From the NCBI RefSeq assembly GCF_009914755.1, contig NC_060925.1: a stretch of 64,000 nucleotides of DNA; one strand, given 5' to 3'. The stretch's first letter is position 1; each line of letters opens with the position of its first letter. Below are positions 1-15,947 of the stretch, one piece after another. The DNA is from the human T2T-CHM13v2.0 reference genome, Homo sapiens. The notes below the pieces were generated by a model. It saw nothing but the letters and a program-made list of their open reading frames with translations. It ran no database searches and was not told the origin of the DNA. Both the position numbers and the translations under genes were made by a program.

Positions 1-2935
1 ATTGCAAATCTTAGGTAAGTCCTAGCATTGAACCAGGCCCAGAGACAGTGGACTGGGAGGGGCATGTGACCTACTAAGACACCAGCTGGGGTAGCTAAGA
101 GAGTGCTGGCATCACCCTTCCCCTAACCCCAGGCTGCACAGCTCACAGCTTCGAAAGAGACACCTTCCTTCTGCTTAAGGAGAGGGGAGGGAAGAGAGAG
201 GAGGACTTGTTTTGCATCTTGGATACCAGGTCAGCCACAGCAGATAGGACACCGGTCAGAGTTGTAAGGTCCCTGTTTCAGGCCCTAGCTCTTGGATAGC
301 ATTTCTAGACAACCTCTGGGCCAGAAGGGAATCCATTGCCTTGAAGGGAAGAACCCAGTCCTGGCAACATTCATCACCTGCTAAGTGAAAAGCCCCTAGG
401 CTCTGAATAACCAGCAGTGAAACCAAGTTACTATGTCCAGGGCTTTGGGTGACCCTCTGAGACTTGCTTGTTTCAGATGAGATTCAGCACATGGCTAGCT
501 GTGGTGGCTATTGGCTGAAACTCCTTCTACTTGAGAAAAGCGGAGGGAAAAGTAAAGGAGACTTTGTCTTGCACCTTAAGTACCAGCATGGGCACAGGGG
601 AATAGAGCACCAAGTAGGCTCCTGAGGTCCCTGATTCCAGGACTCAACTCTTGAACGGCATCTCTGGACCTGCCCTGGGCCAGAAGGGAGCCCACTGCCC
701 TGAAGGGTGAGTCCCAAGACAGGCAGCATTCACCACAAGCTGACTTATGAGTACTTGGACCTTAAAGGAACATTAGCAGTAGTCTGGCAGTACTCCCTAT
801 GGCTTGTGGTGGTAGTGGCTACAGGGTGAGGCTCCTCTCCTTTGGAAAGGGGAGGGAAGAGTGGGGAAAACTGAGTCTTATGGTTTGAATGCCAGCTCAG
901 CCACAGTACAATAGAATATCAGCTAGAGTTCTAAGGTTTTCCACTCTAGTCCCTGACTCCCAGACAGCACCTCTGGAACCACCCAGGGTCTAGAGGGACT
1001 TGGCACTCTGAAGAGAAGGACGCAGGCCTGGTTGGCTTTGCCATCTGTGATTGTAGAGCCCCAGGGCATTAAGTGAACATAGGCAGTAGTCAGGGAGTGG
1101 TTACAGCAGGCCTTGGGCAAGACTCAGTGCTGTGCTGGCTTGAGGTATGACCCAGCACAGTCATAGTGGTGGTCATAGAGTGACACAGGCGTGCTTGTGT
1201 CACTCCATCCCCAGGTTTAGATGGCTCAGAACAGAAAGAGAGAGAGAATCCCTTAGTTTAGGAGAAAGTGAGGGAAGAGAACAAGATTCTCTGCCTGGTA
1301 ATCCAGGGAATTCTCCCCAATTTTATCCAAGACCATCAAAGTAGTACTTCTATGAGTCCATAAGAACCACAGTATTACTGAGCTCGAGGTGCCCCTAAAG
1401 CAGATACAGCTTAGATTACAACACTCAAGTCCTTTTGAATATCTGAAAAGCCTTCCCAAAAAGGACAAGTACAAACAAGCCCAGACAGTGAAGACAACAA
1501 TAAATACCTAACTCTTCTATGCTCGGACACTAAAGGACATCTATTAGAATCAACACCATCCAGGAAAACATGACCTCACCAAAAAAACTAAAGAAGGCAG
1601 CAGGGGCCAATCCTGGGGAAACAGAGATATGCAAGCTTTCAGACAGAATTCAAAATAACTGTTTTCAGGAAACACAAATTCAGGGTAACACAGAGAAGGA
1701 ATTAGGAATTCTATCAGATAAATTTAATGAAGAGATTAAAATAATTAAAAAGAATCAAATTCTGGAGCTGAAAAATGCAATTGGCATATTAAAGAATGCT
1801 TCAGAATCTTTTAGTAGCAGAACTGATCAGGAAGAAGAAAGAATTAGTGAGCTTGAAGACAGGCTATTTGAAAATACAGTCAGAGGAGATTTAAAAAAAG
1901 AATAAAAAACAAGGAAGCATGTCTGCAGGATCTAGAAAATAACCTCAGAAGGGCAAATTTAAGAGTTATTGGCCTTAAAGAGGAGGTAGAGAAAGAGATA
2001 GAAGTAGAAAGTTTATTCAAGGGGATAATATCAGAGAATTCCCCAAACCTAGAGAAAGATATCAATAACCAAGTATAAGAAGGTTATAGAGCACCAAGCT
2101 GACTTAATCCAAAGAAGACTACCTCAAGGCATTTAATAAGCAGACTCCCAAAGATCAAGGACAAAGAAAGGACTCCAAAAGCAGCAAGAGAAAAGAAACA
2201 AATAACATACAATGGAGCTCCAATACATCTGGTAGCAGACTTCTCGGTGGAAACCTTACAGGCCGAGAGAGTGGCATGACATATTTAAAGTGCTGAAGGA
2301 GAAAAACCTACCCTAGAATAGTATAACCAGCAAAAATATCCTTCAAAAATGAAGGCAAAATAAAGACTTTCCCAGACAAACAAAAGCTGAGGGATTTCAT
2401 CAACACCAGTTCTGTCCTACAAGAAATGCTAAAGGGAGTACTTCAAACAGAAAGAAAGGGATGTTAATGAGCAATAAGTAATCATATGAAGATACAAAGC
2501 TCACTGGTAATAGTAAGTACACAAAAAGACAGAGAATATTATAACACTGTAACTGTGGTGTATAAACTACTCTTATCCTAAGTAGGAAGACTAAATAATA
2601 AATCAAAAATAATAACTACAATAACTTTTAAGACATAGACAGTACAATAAGATATAAGTAAAAACAACAAAAAGTTAAAGAGCAGAAGGATGAAGTTAAG
2701 GCATAGAGGTTTTATTAGTTTTCTTTTTGCTTTTTTTAAATGCAGAGAGTGTTAAGTTGTTATCAGGTTAAAATAATGGGATATAAGATAGTATTTGCAA
2801 GTCTCATGCAAAAACATATGATGGATGCACAAGGAATAAAAAGCAAGAAACTAAATCATATCATCAGAGAAAAATCTTCACTAAAGGAAGACAAGAAAGA
2901 AAGAAGGAAGAGAAGACCACAAAACAACTAGATAA
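1..2935 (+). mobile_element. L1 (L1MA1-3/L1M1-type) 5'UTR + degenerate ORF1 + inter-ORF region, lacking ORF2
   Basis: ORF1-like peptide 1570..1905 (ELKNAI..LKNASES..EERISELEDRLFE); colinear with 30570-33500. Confidence 0.85.
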
Positions 2936-3063
2936 AATGTAAACATTTACAGATAAACTGTAAGAATTAATAAGAGATTTTGGCAATGTTATTGGGTATA
3001 AAATCAATATACTAAAGCCAACTGTATTTCTACTTACCAGAAACATAAAATAAAAAAGAGACA

Positions 3064-3345
3064 ACAGACATGGTGGCTCATGCCTATAATGCCAGCACTT
3101 TGAGAGGTTGAAGCAGAGGATTGCTTGAGGCCAGGCATTTGAAACCAGCCTAGTCAACATAGCGAGACCCCATATCTACCAAAGAAAAATTAAAAGCCAA
3201 ACGTGGTGGCTCATGCCTGTAGTCCCAGCTCTTCAGGAAGGTGAGGCAGGAAGATCACTTGAGCCCAGAAGTTCAAGGCTGCAGTGAGCCACGATTATAC
3301 CACTGCACTCCAGCCTGGGTGACAGGGTGAGATCCTGTCTCAAAA
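3064..3345 (+). mobile_element. AluJ
   Basis: Dimeric Alu with old-type diagnostics (gatcacttgagcccagaagttcaaggctgc). Confidence 0.85.
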
Positions 3346-3827
3346 GAGAGACAGAGAACATTTATGATCGCATCAAAAAAATAAATAAATAAACCTGAAA
3401 AAGATGTACAAGACCTTTACACAGAAAATATTCTAATTTGATTGGAATTCTAAAGAAGAGAGCTATATCCTGAAGATGTATACCCACAGGAAACTATCAT
3501 ACTCACTAATAGGAAGACTCAATATTTTATATATGTCCATTCTTTCCAAATTGGGCTATAGATTCAATGCAGTCTCAAAAAAAAATCCCAACAAACTTTT
3601 TTAATGGAACTTGAACAAGCTGATTCTAAAATTTACATGTAAATACAAAAGGTCAAAACAACTGGGATGCTCTTGAAGAAAAAACACCAAGTTGGAGAAC
3701 TTACTTTAAAAATATTGATACATATTTTAAGGTTATTACAATAGTATGGAAATTATAATAGTTTATGTTGTTTCAGGGACAGGTTAAACAGACCAGTAGA
3801 ATATATTAGAGTTCTTAAAGAGGCCCC

Positions 3828-4803
3828 ATGCTGAGAAGTACAAAAGAACTCTCAGCATATAACAACTCAGTCCAAACCCCTGCACTAAGAGACCTGACCA
3901 TACTCTAGCATGGCTTCTAGCAGCCTAAGGTCGTGTCTTGAAAAATAGCCAAATCCCCCTTTTGAGCTTTAAGAAAGCTCAAAAATGATGGGATAATTTC
4001 CTGTTTGTTCCAGCCAAAACCTGGTGATACGTAAGTAGATCCCTGAACCTCCTCTTAAAACATTGACTTTAGAAGGCTTGCAATTATATATTTTTTGCTA
4101 CCCTTTGAGATGTAAATGTTCTACCAGAATTTTCTTCTCAGAGATTTTAGAAATGCAAACATTAAGGTAGATAATTTACTGTCAGTCTCTGTGGGAGGAT
4201 AAGGACTTAATTTTGGTGGGCATCTTGCTCCAACTTCCACCACTGCCTCCTGTGATTAAGATTTGAGCCAGGCGCGGTGGCTCACGCCTGTAATCCCAGC
4301 ACTTTGGGAGGCCGAGGTCAGGAGTTCAAGACCAGCCTGGCCAAGATGGTGAAACCCCCTCTCCACTAAAAATACAAAAAAAATTAGCTGGGCTTGGTGG
4401 TACACACCTGTAATTCCAGCTACTCAGGAGGCTGAAGCAGAGAATTGCTTGAATCCGGGATGCAGAGGTTGCAGTGAGCCGAGATTGCACCACGGCACTC
4501 CAGCCTGGGTGACAGAGTGAAACTCCATCTCACACACACAAAAAAAGTTTTGAGAAGTTTTTTTCTTTTCCAGTTAAGTGCCAATTAGTAAACCCAGATG
4601 GCCCACTCACACACACCAACCCACTTTAACATCCTTCAGCACCTTACCATTAGCATACTCTAGATGTTAAAAAATCTCTTGCCTTTTGTTTCAACAGAGT
4701 TGAACTCAGATGACATGTGGTTCTCTCCCCTATTGCAATAGTTATTACTGAATACAATTTGCCTTTACTGCTTTAACTAGTGCCCAACTTGTTTATATTT
4801 CAA
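3828..4803 (+). mobile_element. Probable ERV1-class solo LTR (MER31/MER67-like), interrupted by an Alu
   Basis: Interrupts an old L1 ORF2 remnant; LTR-like 3' end (ctgaatacaatttgcctttactgctttaactagtg). Family recalled only loosely. Confidence 0.45.
4267..4545 (+). mobile_element. AluS with a short left-arm deletion
   Basis: gccaggcgcggtggctcac...; gccgagg joins directly to tcaggagttc; TSD-like aagatttga/aagttttga. Confidence 0.9.
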
Positions 4804-6372
4804 AATGCTAATATGTTTGATTTATATCACGGTGACCTTTCAGAGAGATGATAAAAGAAGGGTCTTTTCAACAAATGTTCCTGGGAAAACAGAAATTCTA
4901 TATAAAAAGAACAAGTTTTGATTCCTATCTCACATCACAGCAATTCGTAAATCAATTTCAAGTGAATTAAATATTTAGATGTAAAAGACAAATATAGAAA
5001 GCTTTGGGGAGTCTGGGCATGATGGTGAAGAATATAAAAGCAAAAAGCCCCATTCAAAAGACAATAACTTTAAAGATTAAAGGAACATCAGCCTACACAG
5101 GTGAGAAAGTGCGAGTGCAATAACTCCAGCAACTCTGAAAGCAAGAGTGTCTTCATACCTCCAAATGATCACACTAGCTCCCCAGCCATGGTTCTCAACC
5201 AGACTGAAATGACTGAAATAACATAGAATTCAGAATCTCAATGTCAAGGAAGCTCATTGAGATACAGAAGGTTGAAACTCAATCCACAGAAAACAGTAAA
5301 ATGGTTCAAGAGTTGAGAGAGGACATATTCATTTTAAGAGAGAACCAAACTGAACTTCTGAAATGAAAAATTAGCACAGGAACTTCATAATGTAATTGGA
5401 AGCATTAATATCAGAATAGACCAAGCTAAGGAAAGAATCTCAGAACTCAAAGACCATTCTTTTGAATCAATACAAGCAGATAAAAATAAAAAAAAATAAT
5501 TTTAAGAAAATGAACAAAACCTCTAAGAAATATGGAATTATGTAAAAGAGACCAAACTCATTGGATTCTTGAAAGAGATTGAGAGAGAGCAAGTAACTTT
5601 GGAAACATATTTAAGGATATTGTCCACGAAAATTTTCCCAACATCTCTAGAGACGTCAACGCACAAGTTCAGGAAATTCAGAGAACCCCTGTAAGATATT
5701 ATGCAAGATGACCATCCCCAAGCCACATTGTCATCAGATTCCCCAAAGTCAATGTGAAAGAAAAAATCTTAAAGGCAGCTAGAGAGAAGGGGCAGGTCAT
5801 GTACAAGGGCTAACAGTGGACCTCTTAGCAGAAACCTTACAGGCCAGAAAAGGTTGGGGGCCTATATTAAGCATCATTAAAGAAAAAAAAATCCAATCAA
5901 GAACTTCGTATCTAGCCAAACTAAGCTTCATAAGCAAATGAGAAATAAAATCCATTTCAGGCAAGCAAATGTTAAGAAAATTTGTTACCACCAGACCTGC
6001 CTTACAAGAGGTCCTTAAGGGAGGGCTAAACATGGAAATGAAAGCCTAATACCTGTCACCACAAAAACACACTTAAATACATAGAGCTTACTGCCATTAT
6101 AAAGGAACTATACAATCAAGTCTACATAACAACCAGCCAACAACATAATGGCAGAATAAAATTCTCACATATTAATATTAACTTTGAATGTAAATGGGCT
6201 AAACACCCCACTTAAAAGGCACAGAGTGGCAAGTTGAATAAAGAAGCAAGACCCAACTCTATACTGTCCTCAAGAGAGTCATCTCACATGCAATGACACA
6301 TATAGGCTCAAAGTAAAGGGATGGAGAAAGATCTATCAAGCAAACAGAAAACAAAAAAGGGCAGGGGTAGCT

Positions 6373-6681
<309 letters not shown>

Positions 6682-7032
6682 TAGCTATTCTTATATCAGA
6701 CAAAACAGACTTTAAACCAACAACAATCAAAAAGGACATTATATAATGATAAAGGGTTCAATTCAACAAGAAGACATAACTATCCTAAAAATACATGCAC
6801 CCAACATTGGAGCATCTAGATTCATTAAGCACGCTCTTAGAGACCTACCAAGAGACTTAGATAACCACACAATATTAGTGGGAGACTTCAGCACTCCACT
6901 GACAGTTTCACAGATCATCAACGCAGAAAACTAAGAGAGATATCTAGAATCTAAACTTGACACTTGAAAAAAACAGACCTAACAGACATCGACAGAATGC
7001 TCCACCTGAAAACAGAATATTCATTCTTCTCA

Positions 7033-7524
<492 letters not shown>

Positions 7525-8983
7525 TTAAACAACCTGCTCCTGATGACTTTTGGGGTAAAGAATCAAATTAAGGCAAAAATTGAAAAAGTTCTTTGAAATG
7601 AATGAAAACAAAAATACAACATACCAGAATATCTGGGACACAGCTAAAGTAGTGTTAAGGAGAAATTTTATAGTGTTAAATATCTACATCAAGATGTTAG
7701 AAAGGTCTCAAATTAACAGCCTAAGATCACACCTAGAGAAACTGAAAAATAAGAACAAACCAACTCCAAAACTAGCAAAAGGAAAGCAATAACCAAAATC
7801 AGAGCTGAGGTAAATGAAATTGAGATGTGAAAATTCACACAAAATATCAATGAAGGCAAGAGTTGGTCCACCAAAAGAATAAACAGGAACAGTAGCTCAC
7901 TATAGATTAATAAATGAGAATAAGAAGATACAAATAAACACAATAAGAAATGATAAAGTTTACGCTACCCTCAACCCCCCAGGGAAAAAAAAAACCTGGA
8001 GACTATTATGAACAGTTCTATGCACACAAACTGGAAAACCTAGAAGAAATGGATGAATTCTTAGAAGCATACAACCTCCCAAGACTGAAGTAGGAAGAAA
8101 CTGAAATCCTGAACAGATCAATTAATGAGTTTCAAAATTTAATGAGTTATTTTTTTAAAATCCCTATCAACCAGAAAAAGCCCTGGACCAGAAAGATTCA
8201 CAGCTGAATTCTTCCAGATATGTAAAGAAGAGGTGGTACCAATTCTACTAAAATTACTCAAAAATATTGAGGAGGAGGGGCTTTTTCCTAACTCATTCTA
8301 GAAGGCCAGCATCATTCTCATACTAAAACCTGGCAAAGATAAAAAGAAAAAAGAAAACTTAAGGCCAATATACCTGATGAACACAAACACAAAATCCTCA
8401 ACAAAATATGAGCAAATTGAATCCAGCAGCAAATCAAAAAGGTAATCTACCAAACAATCAAGTGGGCTTTATCCCTGGGATAAAAGGTTTGCTTCAACAT
8501 ATACGAATCAGTAAATGTGATTCGTCGCATAAACAGAACTAAAAACAAAAACCACATGATCATCTCAAGAAATGCAGAAAAGGCTTTTGATAAAAATTAA
8601 CACCCCTTCATATTAAAAGCCCTCAAAAAACTAGCCAATGAGGGAATGTACCTTAAAATATTAAGAGCTATCTATGACAAACCCACAGCCAATATCATAC
8701 TAATGGGCAAAAACTGGAAGCATTCCCCTTGAGAACCAGCACAAGACAAGGATGCCCACTCTTACCACTCCTATTCAGCATAGTACTGGAATTCCATCCA
8801 GAGCAATCAGGCAAGAGAAAGAAATAAAAGACACCCAACTGGAAAAGAACAAGTCAAACTATCTCTCTTCATAGACAATATAATTCTATACCTAGAAAAA
8901 TTCATAGTCTCTGCCCAAAGGCTCCTAGAATTGGTAAACAAGTAAAGTTTTAGGATACAAAACCAATGTAAAAAAATCAGTAG

Positions 8984-9309
<326 letters not shown>

Positions 9310-11309
9310 AGTAGCATTTCAATACCCCAATGATGTCCAAGCTGAGAGCCAAATCAGGAATGTAATCCCATTCATGATAGCCACAATAATAATAAAATAT
9401 TTAGGAATTCAGCTAACCACGGAGGTGAAAGATTTCTACAAAAAGAATTACAAAACACTGCTGAAAGAAATCAGAGACCACACAAACCAATGCAAAAAAC
9501 ATTCCATGCTCATAGATAGGAACAATCAATATTGTTAAAATGGCCATACTGCCCAAAGCAATTTGTAGATTAGTGCTATTTCTATCAAACTACCAATGTC
9601 ATTTTTTACAGAATTAGAAAATACTATTCTAAAATTCACATGGGTCTAGAAAAGAGCCCAAATAGTCAAAGCAATCATAAGCAAAAAGAACAAAGCTGGA
9701 GGCACCACACAATCTGACTTAAAACTATACTGCAACACTATAGTAATCAAAACAGTATGGTACTGGTACAAACACAGACACACAGACTAATGGAACAGAA
9801 TAGAGAATCCAGAAATAAAGCAACACATCTACAACCATCTGATGTTTGACAATAACAAGCAATGGGGAAAGGACTCCCTATTAAACAAATGGTGCTGGAA
9901 TAACTGGCTAGCCATATACACAAGACTGAAACTGGACCTCTTTCTTTCACCATATACAATAATCAAATCAAGATAAATTAAAGACTTAAATGTGAGACGT
10001 AAAACTATAATTAAAACCCTAGAAGAAAATCTGGGACATACCATTCTAGACATAGGTCTTGGCAAAGATTTCATGATAAAGTGCCCAGAAGCAACTGAAA
10101 CAAAACCAAAAATAGACAATTGGGACCTAATTAAACTAAAGTACCTGTGCACAGCAAGAGAAACGATCAATCTACAGAATGAGAGAAAACATTTGCAAAC
10201 TATACATCTGACAAAATTTATTATTCAGAATTTATAAGGAACTTAAATTAACAAGGAGAAAACAACCCCATTAAAAATGGACAAAGTATATGGTCAGACA
10301 CTTCTCAAAAGAAGGCATACATGTGGCCAACAACCATATGAAAAATGCTCAACATCACTTATCATTAGAGAAATGCAAATCAAAAAAGATACCATCTCAC
10401 GCCAGTCAGAATGGCTATTACTAAAACGTCAAAAAACAACAGATGTTGGTGAAGTTGTAGAGAAAAGGGAACACTTAGACACTGCTGGTGAGAATGTACA
10501 TTAGTTTAGCCACTGTGGAAAGCAGTTTACAGACTTCTCAAAATACTTAACACAGAAGTACCATTCGACCCAGCAATCCTATTACTGGGTATATACCCAA
10601 AATAATATAAATTGTTCTACCAAAAAGACACACACACTTGTATGTTCATTGCAGCACTATTCACAATAGCAAAGACATGGAATCAACCTGGATGCCCATC
10701 AACAGTGGACTAGATAAAGAAAATGTGGTACTTATACACTATGGAATACAACACAACCATAAAAAAGAACAAAATTATGTCCTTTGCAGCGACATGGATG
10801 CTTCTGGAGTCCATTATCCTAAGCAGACTTGCTTAGGATAATGCAGAAACAGAAAACAAAATATTGCATGTTCTCACTTCTTTTATGGGAGCTAATCATT
10901 AAGTACACATGGACACAGAGAGGAACAACAGACACCGTGGTTACTTGAGGGTGAAGGGTTACTTGAAGGAAGGTGAGGATCAAAAAAATGCCTAGTGAGT
11001 ACTATGCTCACTCCCTGGGTGACAAAATTGTTTGTACATCAAACCCCAGCAACACACAATTTACCCATGTAACAAACCTGCGCATGTATCCCCTGAACCT
11101 AAAATAAAAGTTGAGAAAGAAAAAAAGGGACAACTCCTACAAATAAATGAGAAAAAGACAGATAATCCAAAAGGAAAAGTGGCAAAAGGCATGAAGAATC
11201 AATTCAAAGAAGAGGAAATCTAAACAGCTAATAAATATGTAAAACTGATTAAACTCATCAGCCACTGGGATAATGCAAACAAAAACCACAATAAAATACT
11301 GATTAGATT

Positions 11310-11554
<245 letters not shown>

Positions 11555-12001
11555 AAAATACTGATCAGATTAGAAAAATAATTAAAAGATCAGATATATA
11601 AATAATACAGATCTTACCAAGGATATGGAGCCTCAGGAAACCTGATTAACTGCTGGTGGAAATGTTTCATGGTACAACAATGTTTCACCACAGTATGTCA
11701 TTACATAGTAGAATTGAAGATATGACCCAACAATTCCATTCCTAAGTATATACTCAACATAAATGCATGTTTATGTGCACCAAAAGAAAGTATAAGAATG
11801 TCAGTAGCAGCATTATTTTTAACTACCCGTGACTAGAAATCATCCACATTATCATAAACTTACAATGGGCAAATAAATTATGGTACAGCCACGTAAGGAA
11901 TTATAGTACATAGTAAAAATAAGCTACAAATATTTCTAACAACATAGATGAATCCTACAAATAAAATATTAAACAATAAAAAGGCTATAAAATAAATTTA
12001 C

Positions 12002-12320
<319 letters not shown>

Positions 12321-13695
12321 TTACTATGTTCAAAAATGTACAAAACCGTATTATTTAGGGATACCCTCACCAACAGCAAAAGCACAAAGTAAAGGAAGAA
12401 AGTCACTATCATAAAGTCAGAACAGTGACTATCCATGGAGGAGGAGAACAAGTGGTGATTGTGAAGGAATATGCAGGAAACTCTTGGGATGCCAGTAATG
12501 TTTCATTCTTGATCCGGGTGTTATACACAAGGCCAGTGTTTCTTTTATCACTACTTGTTCAAATGCTATTTATGTCTTATTCATTTTTTAGATATTATGT
12601 CACACAAGGGTAAAAAATTTAAAAAATAATAAAAGCTGTGAGAACAAAAAGACAAATTAACTTTTAAAAAGCAACAGATTGTCAACTGTCTTCTCAACAG
12701 CTAGTAGTAGATGCCTGACTGACAACAGCACATCTTTGATGACTGTTGCCTATCTTCGATGTGGTAGGAGAAAATAAATGTCAATGTAACATTTTACACG
12801 TGGTGGAAAATATCTTTTAGCATGTATGTGAAATGTAGACCTTCAAAAAAACAAAAACTGAATGTGTTTATCAAGAGCAGGTAAAGGAATTTCCTTTACT
12901 CACTAAAAGAAATTCTAAAATATGTACTTTAGGCAGAAAGTGATCCCAGATGAAAAGTCTGAAACCAGAAAAAAATGAAGAGCCTGGTAAAATGATAAAT
13001 ATATAAATAATCTAAATATATTTTGACTTTATAAACAACAATAATAATATCTTGCAAAGTTAAGAGTATTGTAGACACAGGAAAGGTGGCAAATGAAGTT
13101 AAAGTGCTTAAATGTAATTTTATTGCTGGAAAGAAGATGAACATATTGATTAATTTTAGACTTGTAGGGTCGAATAACACATTACATCAACTAATATTAA
13201 ATATGTGTGGTTACATGAACTAATCAGTAAATGCAGAGAAACAACATATAAAACTCAAAAATGATAAAAAGTAAAACCTAATTCGGTCAAAGTAATATAA
13301 AATGATACCAAAAAAGAAATATTGAAAAGATTGGAAAATAGAAAGCAATAAAAATAAGAAGAGTCAACACTAACATCTTAGTAATTATAAGTAATGTAAA
13401 TATTCTAAATGTACAAATAAAAAAGACAAAACTTGCCCCAAACTGTCTGTTTAAAAAATAAATTCCAATATATGCTCTTTATAAGAGATACTCTAAAACA
13501 TAAAGATACTGAAATTGAAAGTGAATAGTTGGAAAAATATGTCTTGCAGGCACTAACCAAATAAAAGCCAATGAAGCTGTATTAGATAGACCTCAAGGCA
13601 AACAGCATTTATAGAAATAAAGAGGGTCACTTTATAATGAGAAAACTGTCAACTCATAAGGAAAAAAATAAAACTTCAAATTTGTAAACTCCTGC

Positions 13696-14225
13696 TGTGA
13701 CTTTGTCCAACTTGTCTAAACTAAATTATGTTTCCTGCTTAGGGTGTGCCACAAGACATATTTTCACATGAGATTTGGAGGATGATAGTGAAACTGCAGT
13801 CATGTTTTTTACACTAGCGAGTTCAGGGCAGAGTCACCATATTTGCTGACTCACCTTGTGGGTGTGGGCAGCAGCCAGTCTAGCAATTGTTTCCCCTTCT
13901 CCTGGATCCTCCTTCAGGTTCTCCTACTCCTGAGCCAGAGTTATGTTTAGCATCAGGACAAAGTTTCTCCTGCAGGACACCTACATTATCCATTATTGGA
14001 GCAGTGAGAACTGACAGGGGCTCGTGTGTCCTCATAGATTCCAACTTACATTAGTTGGTTCCTACTTGTTGCCACTCTCTCCCAATTTACATCCATCTTT
14101 CCTTCCCAATTGCTTACCCTGCAGACTTCCAGCTCTAACATCAGACAGGAAGACAATGTCTTTTCAGAGATTGTTTAACCAGCTCCCAAAATTGTGTAAG
14201 TAAAATTTATGTAACAAGTTATGTG
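13696..14225 (+). mobile_element. ERVL LTR remnant (MLT2F-like)
   Basis: ...tagggtgtgccacaagacatattttcacatgagatttggagg... resembles the MLT2F 5' part. Confidence 0.55.
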
Positions 14226-15947
14226 TGTATTTGTATATTCAAGTGCATGTGAAACATCTGCAGAAACTGACCACAATTAGGGGCATAGGGTAATTTGTAC
14301 CACAATCTCTGTCTTCAACTCATTTATTTAAAATATTTACTCAAAGTTTATGATATGCCAGGAATTTGGGTGCTTGACATATATCAATGCACATAACAAA
14401 AATCCCTGCCCTTAAGGAGCTTATTTTTTTTGTTTTTTTGTTTTTGTTTTTTTTTTTTGGAGAGAGGTCAACATAAAAAAATAGCTGTAGTAAACAGTTA
14501 AACTGTATAGTATGTTATAAAGTTATATGTGCTATGGAAAAAAATTAGATCAGCTAAGGGGTGATATAGGTAAGGGACTGGGATTAGTTTGAGATCTATA
14601 ACTTGCAAAGAACAATATGAGAGAGGAAAATTATAGCACCATCTTATTCATAACATACAAATCCTAAACAAAATCCTAACAGAATTTGTTCAGCAACATA
14701 TAAATGGTGTTTTATGCTCAAATAATTTTGTCTCAGAAATTAAAAACATTAGTTTTAAAATCATTAAATGTGATTTAATTCATTGATAGATTAAATATGT
14801 AAGATTATCTTAATATATCAAAATGCACTGAATGAAATTTAAAATTAAAAACTTTTAACAAAATTACTTTAAAAATTGACTTTCTTAAATTTATAAAAGG
14901 TATCTAAAAACACCTACCTCCCCTCCACTACACAAACATAAATACACACACATACAAAACCAAAAGAAATCCTAAACTCTGCAACAAACACCTTGCTTAA
15001 TGATGAGGTGCCGAACATTCCCTTTGAGACTGATGTCAAGATAAGATTGTGTGCTGTCACTAATACTCAGCACTGTCCTGAAGATCAGGACTGTGTAGTA
15101 AGACAGGAACAAAAAATAAGAATGGAAAGGGAGAAATAATATTGTTATTACTCATAGATGATAATGATTTTATTTTATAGTCAATCCATTATTACTAATA
15201 GACAAAACATTTAAAAATGTATCATAGTTGATAAAGATATATCAAATCCAAAGATTAATTAAACGTTATGTATAAATGACAAAGAATTATAAAATGAAAG
15301 AAAAAAACTCAGGAGATTTAGTTTTCTGATAATTGTGATGAGGTTATTTGGATATACTATCTCACTGAAAATAATAGAAATGAGGGATAAAATATTTGTA
15401 AAATCACCTTAGAAGAATGGACAACTTGAAGAGACAGTGAGAAAACTCCAAGGCCAATTTTATGAGAAAGATAGGCAAAACATCAGCACCCAAAAATGTA
15501 TTGAGCATTTAGAGACCTCACACACTTGGGCTTTGGTTCAGAGTCTTCATGGTACAGAAGTCAGAGGAAGAACTTCCCCAGGCAAGGAGTCTTACAGGAG
15601 ATCTTCTCCACACATTACACTGGACACTAAAGAACTACACACTCAGATTAAGAGCCAACCAGAAGAAAAACCACTCCCTCCACCCAGTTGGAAGGAGTTT
15701 CTCTGCCAGCAAACAGAGCATAATATTTAGGGAATATAAAACTGGACATAAGAAGTGGGGGCCACGGCCTGGCCCTCCAGTTTACACCTGAGTTAGACAT
15801 AGCTTAGGTCAGCCAAAAAATTGCTGGCTATACATTTACTTTGAGGTGGTTTCTTATGAGTGGTACCTACAAGTACCTGACAAAGTAAATGGCACAACAG
15901 AGTGAAACTAGAAAACCAAAGTCAATGAGAAAAATCCTTAAAACATC

